A DNA stretch of 44,852 nt from the NCBI RefSeq assembly GCF_001194135.2, contig NC_068999.1, positions 30,607,155-30,652,006 on the forward strand, written 5' to 3'. This DNA comes from Octopus bimaculoides. Lineage: Eukaryota. The notes beneath the pieces were generated by a model that searched no databases, was not told the origin of the DNA, and saw nothing but the letters and a program-made list of their open reading frames with translations. Shown here piece after piece: positions 32,847 to 44,852 of the stretch; position 1 is the stretch's first letter; every line of letters begins with the position of its first letter. The translations under genes were made by a program, and so were the position numbers.

Positions 32847-35800
32847 TAACAGTGACAGAAGTAGTATTAATACCAAAGGTAATATTTATCCCTATTCAAA
32901 TTTGGATGTTGTGTTAGAACACAGAATACTGTGTTATTTACTAGGAGAGAACCTCTCATATGGGCTTGTGGTGAATAAAAGCACTCATGCTTATATCATT
33001 GATGGGTGACAGCCATTCACTATAGTGGTGAGAACAGCCAGATCATGTGAGTTTGCCCTTCTTATGTATGTCCTAACTTCCTTATACCAGTCTTCCTTTC
33101 CTTCACACCCACACTCTCTATACTCCTATACCCACTCGCTCCACACTCAACACACCACTTCCACAGCCCACAAATATTCTACTGATTGCCCTTCCATTCT
33201 CCTAAGCACTCCTTCCTCAGTAGGTGTCTCCATCTCAACAGCAAGTAATTACTTTCTTAACACTCTTCCAGGGTGTGGCAGCCCTGCTTCACTATCCTTA
33301 GTTGCTTCTCATCTTACTGGATACTTGACCCAGGTGAGTTTTTGACTGTGGACTTATTCAGAATTATGCCATTGTGAAGTGATCTGCTTTGATTTTTGTG
33401 TGTTAAATACCTCAATGGAGTTCAAGCTGAATTTTTTGCATTCTGAATCCTCTGGTGCCAAGAGATGACATTGCTATTAAACATGCCAGAGTAGCATTTT
33501 ATAAGGCTGAAGTGTTTTAACAACTTCCCAACTTCACTCCCTTTTCTACCATAAATAATCTTAGATTGCTAATTCTTAAGATTGCTAATTCTTGTTATTG
33601 ATGTTAGCTCAATGTATTAGTGACTCATTGTAGTATCTTGCACCCTTATTAAAAATAGTTTTATGAAAGGATAATGAACTTATCAGCTGCAGATATTTAT
33701 GGCAATACATTAGATGATATATGACAGATGGATAACTTTCTGTATAAATACAATGGGATTCAAGCATTATTGTTATGCTGAAATTATTTACTGTTGTTAG
33801 GTTCACTTCAGCTGATACCCCCAGGTTAAATTTGTTAGGTTCATGAAATTAAATGAAAAAGTGAAGAAGTCTGGGTTGAGAGAGAGCGAAAGAGGGTGGG
33901 GAGGGGCTGAAGTTTATGGTGATGGAAAGGGAAAAAAGAAAGGTTAGAATGAAAATAAATGCTTTAAAGTGTGAAAATGTTTGGGTGAGGCAAGAAGTCC
34001 AGTGAAAGCATGACTGCATTGATCAAGTGTTTCCTGATGATAACAGCTGTAGATTGCATGCTTGCAGTCATTGGGGAGAACAGACAGACATTCTCAGACA
34101 GGTTCTCTCAGTCATAATGAAGAACATTTAAAATAGACAACCATAAAGGAAAAAAAAAAAGAGATTATGATTGAATGATGAAAACATAAGGAAATATAGT
34201 GAAAATGTATGCAGTAGGAGGAGGGGAAGAGTGTAATATAAAGGTGTACCAGCCTCTGGTATGTTCAAAATGATCAGAGCAAAGTTAATCATTGACTTTA
34301 TTGATGTTGCTTCCAAGTGAAACGATTTCTTCACTAATGGCTGCAGTTCAGCAATGAGAGAGAGGGAGAGAGGGTGGGGGAGAGTATGTGCATGCATGTC
34401 TTTGTGTGTGTTTTTATGTCACTTCATATAAGCTAACTGAAAAGAAAGCAAAAACAAACAAAAACAAAGGATCAATATTAGTAGTTAATATGGACTTTAA
34501 TCAAGTTGCCAGCATGTGCTGGTAAACCTGAACTGAGTTGGCCAGCTAGATTTACATCTACCTATTTCAGTGCCAATATCACAGTTGTTCTAGAATTATA
34601 ATGAATAAAATAAGGAATTGCTCTAGGATGACATCTCCATGGAGAGCAAATAGTTAAGTCAGTGATAAAAAAATGGACTGTGAAAATATTGAAGGCTTCA
34701 CTTGCAAGGTGTATGAATGTGTAAGTAATGTGAATGGGTATGCAATATCATGTAGGAATCATAAGCATGAACTGTGTTTCTGGTTATATATAGCCTCTAC
34801 TCATACTGGGCTTACATCTCATTATATAGTGCCTACATCTGCTATTATAAAGATATCTATGTTCTTGTGTTGTGTATATATGTGCTAGGATTGTGTATAG
34901 TTATGCTGGTGTTGTGTGTATGTGTATTGAAATCATAATGACTTCCTGTAGAGCAGCTGATGATGAGATGTCTATGTTTATTCACATTAAAATTGTTGTA
35001 ATGATTTCTCCAACAAATTGATTGCATTTCCATTTGTTGTCCCAATGACTTAGGATTCTCTTATTATTTGGTCTGGGATTGGGTCTAGTTTTATCATTCC
35101 TGTTGTTGTTTCATTTTATATTAAAGCTTATTAGGGTACGAGTAAACACACCTGTCCTTTGGATGGTTTAAGTTGCTTTGGTGGTATATTTTTCACCAAA
35201 TAAATGAACTACCTTGAAGGTTTAAGAGTAACGCAGCAATCTATGTTTCCGATTAACCTAGGAATGGAAAATGAAATTGAAGGCTGGTTATTGTGGAGGC
35301 TGTTGCACTTTAATGATCATAGATCATATAAGTTTGCAAGTGATGCAAAGTAGCGCTACTGAAGTGTTTTAGGAGTAAATTACAAATAATGACTACAAAA
35401 CATAGTTGTTTTACATGAGAGTGAAATTTCTTGTCAGAAACAGCCACATAAACGGTGTAAGGAAATTGAAAGAAGATGTTGAAACTTTCCCTCTGCAACT
35501 TTATTTTGTTCAACAGCAAAGGGAGCTATTTTTTCGGAGAGATAAGTTAACAAAAGTGCCTTTATTCTGTCTTTCCAGATAGCCTGTGCATAAACTAACT
35601 GTGAATGCTGCATAAAGTTAAATAGGCATGAAATTTTCTGAAAGATACATATAGCTTTCACTAGTGGAAGCAAAACTCTTATTTAAAGGTTGATTCTTTG
35701 GGACGAATCATATGTAACTGTTTAAAAAGGGCTAGAACAAAAATGCTAAAATGTATTTGAAACATTGGACAACAGTTGAAATATCATAACGAATGGGTAA

Positions 35801-36178
35801 ATAAGCATCCTTAAAGTGAAACAATGGTATCAAAGGTAAACAAATGTATCACTAAATAGAAGAGAGGGAAGGGAACATCAACTTTCAAGTAACTCAGAAT
35901 AGGTAAAGGTAAGCTTACTAAAGTTTAGTGCAGTTTAAATATGTAGATTAAGGGTAATCTTTTAGTATCTGGTGTTTAAAGAAGTACAACGCAGACGTTG
36001 GCTATAGCCATCAAAAAGTGAACAAAAGTCTTTTCTTTGGTACAGAATTCCTCCATATAAATTCATGTAATTATGAAATGAATAAATTGTCTGACGCTCT
36101 AAATTGACAACATAATTTTCTTTTTATACACATCCACATATTCTCCACAGTTTGGAGAATGATTTCAGGGTAAGTAAA

Positions 36179-36235
36179 GAATGAGAACCTATTTTGGAGA
36201 ATGAGAACCTATTTTTGGAAAATGAGAACCTAATT
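36179..36235. repeat. 20/21-bp tandem repeat, about 2.8 units
   Basis: GAATGAGAACCTATTTT(T)GGA repeated. Confidence 0.85.
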
Positions 36236-37170
36236 ATCTCCCCTAGTTGTTACTTCCCCACTTTAATTTTTATTTACTTCTTTAATTACCAGATACTGAA
36301 AGATTACCAGATTAAAATAGTTTGGTATTGGATATTCATCGCGTACAGTGTTCCTAGACAATTGAATCACCATTGTAGGTAAACAGCAGAAATAAATAGA
36401 CAAAATCTTTCCACTTTTATAAAAAGATTAAAAAAGTATGGAAAACCCTACATACAAAAAAACTATGTCCATTTATGTCCATTTACGCAGGAGCTCTGGG
36501 CAAAATGTTATAGTGCATGACAATCCTTGGGACATAAGTAATGTGTGCATAAATTTTGGTGAAAATCTGTTGAGAATTGTGGAAATGCACACATTAGTCA
36601 TTATACACACACATACCACAATTTATATATACTCAGTTACAATTAATGGATCTAGATGGAAGTTTTTAATTGGCTATTTATAGGAAGCTACTGAATGGAA
36701 TTAAGATTATCAGATTAGATCTTATCTAGTCATTACATCATGGTGGTCTAGCACTCCACTCTTTCTCACACGCACACATGCATTGTGTGTGTGTGTGTGT
36801 GTGCACGTGCATGTATGTGTGTGTGCATGCACGCATGTTTATATATCTATTTTATTTTTGCGATTAAAAACTTTCAGCTATTTTAAAGTTTCAACTATGT
36901 AATCTTTATTGAACTGCTTATATCTAAATCCATGTATATTCAAACATGTACAGGCATATCTATCTATATATGTGCGAGATTCACCATCATACAAGTGGTG
37001 TTGTTTCTAATCTTCCTGAAAACATGTCCAGACCAAAAGAAATATTAATCTTTCTTGAAAAGAAGTGAGGGTTGGCATTAAGAAGCAATTCAGTCTGACC
37101 CATACATATACATTAGAGTCAGTATAATAAATTTGGTCTTTTTTACCTTTATGTTCCTGTTAAGTCTGTC

Positions 37171-37584
37171 TTTTACTCTTTTACTTGTTTCAGTCATTTG
37201 ACTGTGGCCATGCTGGAGCACTGCCTTTAGTCAAGCAAATTGACCCCAGGACTTATTCTTTGGAAACCTAGTACTTATTCTATCAGTCTCTTTTGCTGAA
37301 CCGCTAAGTTACAGGGACGTAAACACACCAGCATCGGTTGTCAAGCGATGTTGGGGGGGGGGAACACAGACACACAAACATATACACATACATACATACA
37401 TACACATATATACATATATATGACGGGCTTCTTTCAGTTTCCGTCTACCAAATCCACTCACAATGCTTTGGTCAGCTCAAGGCTATAGTAGAAGACACTT
37501 GCCCAAGGTGCTATGCAGTGGGACTGAACCTGAAAGTATGTGGTTGGTAAGCAAGCTACTTACAACATAGCCACTCTTACTCCT
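37171..37584 (-). mobile_element. tRNA-derived SINE (family A), full length
   Basis: Same head, body, internal (TA/TG) tract and ACTGAAACAAGTAAAAGAGTAAAA tail as the other copies. Confidence 0.92.
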
Positions 37585-40500
37585 ATCTATTTCCTCCATT
37601 CTTCTTCATTACCCTCTTATCTATTACTCTCATTCTCTCTTATATTACCTATTTCATGATGAATGCTCTTGAATTTCTTTTTCCTGCCATCACTCTTCAC
37701 CATTGTATCTCTCTTCCATCATACATCTATGGAACAATAACTCTTCTACCACCACCCTAATTTCTAATGAATTGTCTGTCTTTCTCTCTGTCTGTTTCTC
37801 TCTCTGACCTTTTACTTCCATATCACTAATTACTGACATTTCTCTTCCTCTCACTCTCTCTCTCTCTCACGTATGTGCATGTGCACACACACACAGACAC
37901 ATACACACATTATTCTGACATAAATTTCTCTCATTTTCATTTCCCCCTCTTCCAACACTTTATCTCCTTCCTATCTCTCCCTACTGCACCATTCATTGTT
38001 TTCTATCCAATATCCTTACCAACAATCGTCATGTAGCTGTCTTTCATTGTTTCTTTTCCATTACTCCCTTGTTGATCACCTTGCTTTTGTCATTCTATTT
38101 TCCTCCAACTTAATCTCATTTCTATCATGCTATTCAGCCTGACCCTAGCTCTTTCATCACTCTCCTTTTTATTCATTCACTTAGTCATGTTGACTTGTAG
38201 GAATCTATAAGATGGTAACTTATTAGTAAATAGCTGTTAATTCAAGCTAAATTTTATTTAAAGATATTGGGCTGGAAAAATATCTAGTTGAAAGAAACAC
38301 AAATATTAACAGAAGCCTACATATATGGTAATGATTTGTCTTAATGCTCATTTGTAGTAACCACTTCATAGTGTCATTTTATTCTAATCAATATTTTGCT
38401 CAAGGTTTATTAGTAAGTTAGACATTTCTACTTAACACTTCAATTATCAGTAATATGAGTAGATCAGCTGGATTACATCATGGCAATATTTGAATTTACA
38501 AACACTGACAGAATTTGTTTATTGAGTTGCTATGGCTTTCACTTACATCACCATTCTGTTATTTCTCTAGTTGATGTAATAAACTGGAATGTTCCAAAAT
38601 TAACCCATCTAGTCATAAACCAAAAACAGACATAAACATTATTCAAAGAACAAAGAAGATATTAAAATAACATTCATCATGACTAAAGATTAAGAGTCCA
38701 TAACTTACTTTTATCAGAAAAAAGTTTAAATATATCTTTGCTACAATAGACATTAACATTTAATAAATTGAGGGTGCCATCAGCTTCAGTGAAGATAACT
38801 GTTGCACATGAGTTCTATATCTGAGTCTCCAAGTAGATAACATAATGTAGTTAATGTTCCTTGTCATTTTAGTAGACATATCAATTTTAGTAAGGACCCC
38901 TGTAACGTCTATTATTTCAGGTGGAATGTATCAAATTCATTTCTTTGTTAATGATATCAATGAATCACATGACTTTCTGCTTCCATTGCTATTGCTGATG
39001 GCCTTATATCACAGGGTTCAAATCTAATCTAAAACTATGTTCTTCATTGTGTGCAATCTACAATGTGTCAGGTCCTGGTATTTGTACTTAGCAAATAATG
39101 AGAAAGCTGGATGGTTGTGAACATCAAACCTCTCTCTGATGAGAACTGAACTCATGAATATAGATTCGTGGTTATTGACTTTAAGTTGAAGATGTGACAG
39201 ACATAGAAACATATGACAAGAAGGCAAAGAAAAGTGTGAAGGTTAAAAATTATTAAGTAATGTTTAAGAGGAGGAGATAGATAAATATGACAGAGGACAG
39301 CTGAGTGCTGGTAAAGGATTACTTGTAGCTAGCTAACAGTTCTATAGATGGAGCAGGGCCCCAGTTAAACAATAAACAATATAGTAGTATATAAGTACAA
39401 GCAGGGAAAGCAGTCTAGAAAGTGTGGAGAAAAATGGGGCTGGGAATAATTTATGATAATCAAGAGGCTAGTAGGAGAAACAAGACTTCACTATTTTGTG
39501 CTCTCTTTGCAGTGACAAATGAAGTGGTAATGATTTGAGGGAGATTTGGCAGCTGTTTCTCTGCATCTATTGATCTAGAGAAGATCTCTGATATGGTTAC
39601 ACACATAGTTGATTTTGTAGTCAAGAAGGAAATTTGATGCCCAAAGAGAAAACTGCATAAATGGCTTTTGAAATCTGTATAAACCATATATAAGGGTGTT
39701 CAGTATGGAATTTGGTATATAGAAACAAATTGGTATAAGTATGTGATGAACTTGGACAAAGGATACTGGATGAATGAAAAGTGAGTGTCGTTGGTGGTGA
39801 GTATTTGTGGAAGAGAAAGGTCAAGGAAGATGTGGAAATTTATATTATTGAAATGTGAGAATGTTGAGCCTCACGGAAGGGATCACTACATATTGCATTT
39901 AATTAAAGGTAGACTATGTAGCCGACTCATCTAACAATGCCAGTATGAGCCAACAAGAGAACCACTCTGAGTTTTTCATCTGATAGAAATAACAGACAAA
40001 TCTTCCACAAGTATCACCCTGCCATTTTAAAGAAAGGACACATTTGATACCCTGTTTGAATAAAATAGAGAGATGATCATGGTTGTGTAGCATTTGACTA
40101 TAAGTCTGCTTAATTAATACTTGTCTGAAATTAAAGAATAGCAATAACTATCATGCCTAGCTGGTAGTTATTAAAACACTGATGATGATGGTGAAGATAA
40201 TAATCAAACCAACCCTGAAAATGTTCCCATGTTGATTTGTAAAGCTCTCAATGGTGGCTAAAGTGATGTTAACAGCAATAGTGGTGATAGTGATAGCAAT
40301 GATGGTGGTGGTGATGAGGAGTGTTGATGTGGTGGTAGTGAAGTTATGTCTAAATTCACATGTATGAAGAACTATAAGCTAACCACTGATGAACAGATTT
40401 ATTGCTTCACCTATCACAAAAAATAATGAAAACAAACATTTTCAATGTTATAAAGGTTAAGGCCAACCTTATTGTTTTCGGTGTTTTGAGGTCAGTGTTT

Positions 40501-40868
40501 CAGTTCAACATAGACAACAAGTGTGACTATTTCAATATTCTAGTGAGAGAAGGTATAAATATCTGTTTAAGAAGTTCATTTCACAGCCGTATGGATTCTA
40601 ATTCAATCCTTTTACCTATCAGCTTAAACAAATATCTGCTGTCATAACCTCAGATCAATCAGTGTATTGTTGGTGAAATTTCGTAAACAGAAACTACATG
40701 GAAACCTCACAGAGGAACTATTCCTGTTATTGATTTTAATATGCCATCTAGTTGAACAGTATTTCCTAATTGTTGGGTGTCAAACATACAACAAGGTCTC
40801 CACCTGTTACACAGATGCTGGAGAAGAGTCATGAATCTTCCCTTCCACTTCTGAATAAATCATCTCTT

Positions 40869-40918
<50 letters not shown>

Positions 40919-41741
40919 TCATCATTGAGTCACATAATATTATTACCATCTATATTTCTTTGATATGATAAATATATTTCTAATTTCCTTCATTTGTTCT
41001 ATATTTTAGACCATTAAAACACTTCTCCACTGTTTCCACTTCCTAACATGGACAGAAGAATGAAAGATGTGTTGGAATTGTTGTTGAAGAAAGAACAATA
41101 TTAGTTAGTGGCAACAGTAAACAATGAAAAGAAGAATGAAGAGATGAACTTTTAATAAGTGCGCAGCTTTAGAAACTAATGGCATGAAATTAAATGGCTG
41201 AAATTACAAGGAAAGTGCAGACAGAAAGGAGCCATAAAGTTTCAAGCAAATATGATGATGCTTAAAAGTGTCAATGTCTTCTTGCTTAAGATTGAATATC
41301 TTATAAATTATTCATAACAATAAAATTAAAAATAAAATATTTCCACTGACTTCTCTTTCTCAATATCAAATAAAAAGATACGAAAAGAGAAATATCATTT
41401 TATAATTTTTATCATAATTCATCAAAATTTCCATTTATTTGCAATAATTTCTAAGCAAAACTATACAGTTGTTGCCGTTTCATTTAATATGAACTTTCTA
41501 TAATATATATACCTGCTGGATCACAAAATTATTTTTTCTCTCAATTAGATATACAATTTTAAATCACTATAGTCCATCTCCTTCGCAAAATTAATATTAA
41601 GACATACTGTCCTCTGCAGCAATTATTAATACTTCCTGTCCACAAAAGCCCCTCTTGAGATTTACTGCCCACTTTGCATCAAGAGATACAATCCATTTCA
41701 GCTACTGTGTGTTAAGAAATAATGTCAACTACAGTCACTAC

Positions 41742-41841
41742 TTGGCAAGTATCTTCTACTATAGTGTGGGGCCAACCAAAGCCTTGTGAGTGGATTTGGT
41801 AAATGGAAACTGAAAGAAGCCTGTCATATGTATATGTATAT

Positions 41842-41911
<70 letters not shown>

Positions 41912-42120
41912 TTGTGGCTGTGCTTGTCCCCCACTATTGCTTGACAACTAGCGTTGGTATGTTTATGTTCCTGTAAGTTAGCAGTTTGGCATAAGAGACA
42001 GAGAGAATAAGTACCAGGCTTAACAAAAATAATACTAGGGGTTGATTCACTTGACTAAAAATTCTTCAAGGTAGTGCCCCTGCATGGCTGTAGTCTAATG
42101 ACTGAAACAAGTAAAAGATA
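41742..42120 (+). mobile_element. SINE family A, head missing, with expanded internal (TA)n
   Basis: TTGGCAAGTATCTTCTACTATAG..GAAACTGAAAGAAGCC, (TA)~30, and tail GCATGGCTGTAGTCTAATGACTGAAACAAGTAAAAGA. Confidence 0.88.
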
Positions 42121-42421
42121 ACTAAAACTTGTTATTGCCTATTATAAATGTATAACTGTAATACCATTGATAACAGTAGCAACACCACTAACATCAGATC
42201 TTAAATTTAAAGAAATTGGTTTATTCCTATCCTTTAATTAAAGATTTATATTTAGAACTGGGTTTTCATCATTGTCAATTAATTTAAAGAAGAGGGGCTT
42301 TTCCGGCACTTCTAGACTTGCATGGATACAATATAATTGATTGTTTGTAGGCTCATGGCAAGAGAGAACATGGAGACAAGAATTGAATGTATAAAATTAT
42401 TGACAACACACACGTAAATTT

Positions 42422-42510
42422 ACTTATTTATCTTTATCTTTTATGAAATTATTTATTTATCTTTATCTTTTATAAAATTATTTAATTTCAGTTTATGTTT
42501 TATAAAAATT
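42422..42510. repeat. Degenerate ~30-bp AT-rich tandem repeat, about 3 units
   Basis: TTATTTATCTTTATCTTTT(T)ATRAAATTA repeated. Confidence 0.6.
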
Positions 42511-43867
42511 GCCAAGAATATATTTTGAGATGTTATAGATAAATTTAATTTGAAACCATTATAAAATTCTTCTGGGAATTTCCAATATATAAACTGAAAT
42601 AAACTAAAGAAACAATTCACAATAATCTGGCTGATATCTTTTTAAAATTATAATTGTGAAAATAACAACAACTACAACAAAAATATAATGCCTGACTTAT
42701 TTTTAGATATTTCATATTTTTCATTATTTAATCATTATTGTAATTGTTACTGTTGTTATTATTATTTCATTTAGGTGTAAAATAGAAATAACTTAAATAG
42801 CTCAAACCTCTCATAATCCACTTGACAAACAGTTGTGAAAAGGATAGCAAAGAAAACAAAATACAAAAAAAAATTGTAGTATTAGAATAGAAATCCAAAT
42901 ATCATAATAATCGTACTATCGTTTCTGCTATCAGAGAGGTTATGAATCTACTGGAATAATAAAGTGAATATCCAATTATTTTTTGTAAAATAAAGATTTA
43001 ATTAATTGTTTAGAATAGTGTGAATAATTTTGCATTGTAGCTTTGCTAAAAATATTACAGTTCACTAACTCAGAGCTAATTAACAAAGCCATTTGTTATG
43101 TATCTGTAGATGATAAAAAGTTACACGTATAACTAGAATAGGTCAGCATACAGAACCATATCTTGAACACAAATGTTTTGCAAAACTACAATAATAAAAA
43201 GATTTTCTTGCCCAAAAGCTTGATACAGAAAGGATACCTAACCATGTAAACAGTCAGAGCTTATACTACAAAACACAAAAACAAGTGACACATCAGATTC
43301 TCTGACACTCCCTACATTCTTCCCAGGATGATGTGTATATGTATGTATATGCGGGTATATGGAAATAACTGGGTCCAAGCACATCGTTGGCCCTCTGGGA
43401 GTGAGAGGCTCCTCTGTTATTGTCACATCTCCCTAGGAGAGGGAAACTGAGAGAAAACCTGAGACACTGACAATATTTAATGATGTAGACTAGTTCCTTT
43501 CGAGTTTATGTTGTCCGTGTTCAGAGAGTGGAATTTGATTTGTGCAAATCCTTTCCTCACTATAAGAAAAATCATCATGCACAGGCAATACTTGAAAAAT
43601 TTAAAAGTAAGATCTATCATAAAAATGGCTTGTCGTAGCCTTCACATGTGTGGGACTTCAGTCAGACAATGATGATACTTGAACACAAGTTTGCAGCCAT
43701 CATGTATGGTTTCCTTTGAATTTTATTTAAGTTCTCAAGAGAGTTCAAGCCAGTTACTAGCAAAGTGACAAGACTGTTTGAGCTAAGAGAGTTCCCGGTG
43801 TTTATAAATATGTGGGTGACTTGATCTGTTGCACGGTCGATGCACACATCTATTCACCTAAAGCATC

Positions 43868-44420
43868 TCAGATGGAGAATCTTTGGAATGTCTTACAAAT
43901 CTTCAGTGTGCTACTAATAAACTGAATTTGGAGAAACTGCATTATTTTCTTTTGCTGTTCTTTTGAAAAACTTAGTATTTCTAGGTTTTTGTGTACATTT
44001 GTAGGTACATAACCTAATGCACCTATGAGGATAGCTAAAAATGAGTATTTGTAGTCAGGGTACAAGAGCTGTAAGTTCTGCATTAATTTACTATAAATGT
44101 TCTTTTTTCCTGGACCTTTGATGGTAAATTCATATGGGCAGGGCAGCTAACCTCCACAACAGTGCATGACTTTAATTCCCTGTCCTACCAAACAATAGTT
44201 TTTGCAACTATATCATGCCCCAGGGGCAGTTAGTATCTCATAGACATTTTGGGGCAGCTGCTGATGATGTAGACGATATCTTCTGCTGACATTTTTTATC
44301 ACGTCAAGGTTTGGTGGTATCTTTATCTTTATCCCTCTTGTTAAACAGGTATTTAGCAGCTGTCTCCTATTCCTGGATACAAAGGCATATCCTTCTCGGT
44401 AGTGTGGTATGGAGTGTTAT
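43868..44420 (-). pseudogene. C-terminal fragment of an RLE-clade non-LTR retrotransposon ORF (R4/Dong- or CRE-like)
   Basis: Minus frame AEDIVYIISSCPKMSMRY*LPLGHDIVAKT|IVW*DRELKSCTVVEVSCPAH..KVQEKKNIYSKLMQNLQLLYPDYKY..ILIGALGYVP..KICKTF: CCHC remnant, RH-like motif and RLE half with an in-frame deletion removing the PD. Confidence 0.8.
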
Positions 44421-44428
44421 GCATGTAG

Positions 44429-44677
44429 GTCATTATTCAGTTTATTTCAAGATTTCTTGCCAATAGAGAAAGAGTCAGTTCCTAACCTAGATCCAAGGTT
44501 CCTTCATTGGAATTTCAACATCAACAACAGACTGGGTATGTATGTATGTATGTATGTATGTGTGTGTGTGTCTATGTATGTATGTATGTATGCATGCATG
44601 CATGTATGTCATTATTCAGTTTATTTCACGATTTCTTGCCAATAGAGAAAGAACCAGTTTCTAACCTAGATCCAAGG
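44429..44677 (-). repeat. Two copies of a retroelement-like 3' end separated by (TATG)n
   Basis: GTCATTATTCAGTTTATTTCA.GATTTCTTGCCAATAGAGAAAGA..CAGTT.CTAACCTAGATCCAAGG at 44429-44498 and 44608-44677. Confidence 0.8.
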
Positions 44678-44739
44678 TATTTTTGTTTGTATGTTTTATG
44701 TATGTATTCTCATGCATAGAGTTACATATCTAGACATGC

Positions 44740-44852
44740 TCATCATCATCATCATCATCATCGTTTAACGTCCGCTTTCCATGCTAGCATGGGTTGGACG
44801 ATTTGACTGAGGACTGGTGAAACCGGATGGCAACACCAGGCTCCAGTCTGAT
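44740..44852 (-). mobile_element. RTE LINE 3' end, running off the window edge
   Basis: (CAT)n CGTTTAACGTCCGCTTTCCATGCTAGCATGGGTTGGACGATTTGACTGAGGACTGG, nearly identical to the reverse complement of 17340-17418. Confidence 0.92.

Noticed and set aside
38915-39030. Acceptor-like TTATTTCAG followed by a 35-codon open frame
   Set aside because: No donor site, no recognisable peptide, and expected by chance in AT-rich DNA
39130-39165. CTGATGAG..CTC near-hammerhead, and other CTGANGA hits (855, 18585, 34034, 40387)
   Set aside because: No correctly placed stem II-GAAA-stem III-NUH
43380-43465. GC-richer patch with CCCTAGGAGAGGGAAACT, resembling RTE 5' leaders or HDV-like ribozymes
   Set aside because: No downstream ORF, and no convincing nested double pseudoknot could be drawn

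Overview
AT-rich, microsatellite-dense eukaryotic DNA with two 10-N gaps and no convincing host gene. The repeat families resemble those of Octopus or another coleoid cephalopod (recalled, not searched). Almost all interpretable sequence is decayed transposable element. It includes tRNA-derived SINEs, many 3' ends of an RTE LINE ending in (GAT)n, a 5'- and 3'-truncated HERO-like RLE non-LTR retrotransposon, and a second RLE-clade fragment. It also holds a full-length fossil CsRn1-like Gypsy element (both LTRs, tRNA-Trp PBS, PPT, 4-bp TSD), a full-length dead mariner, a fold-back mariner derivative, an internally deleted DD37D (maT-like) element and a Tigger/pogo-like MITE. The most notable region is 9.5-10.5 kb. 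It carries a ~344-nt non-coding unit with a type I hammerhead ribozyme motif, present as two head-to-head copies. One copy runs almost exactly from predicted cleavage site to cleavage site. The other is circularly permuted across the cleavage site and fused to the HERO RT. A divergent relative at 3.7 kb keeps the same hairpin array, and a second, Penelope-type hammerhead motif lies ~270 bp upstream. Together these look like a retrozyme-like (ribozyme-bearing, possibly circRNA-forming) element. All alignments and folds were done by eye; nothing was run.
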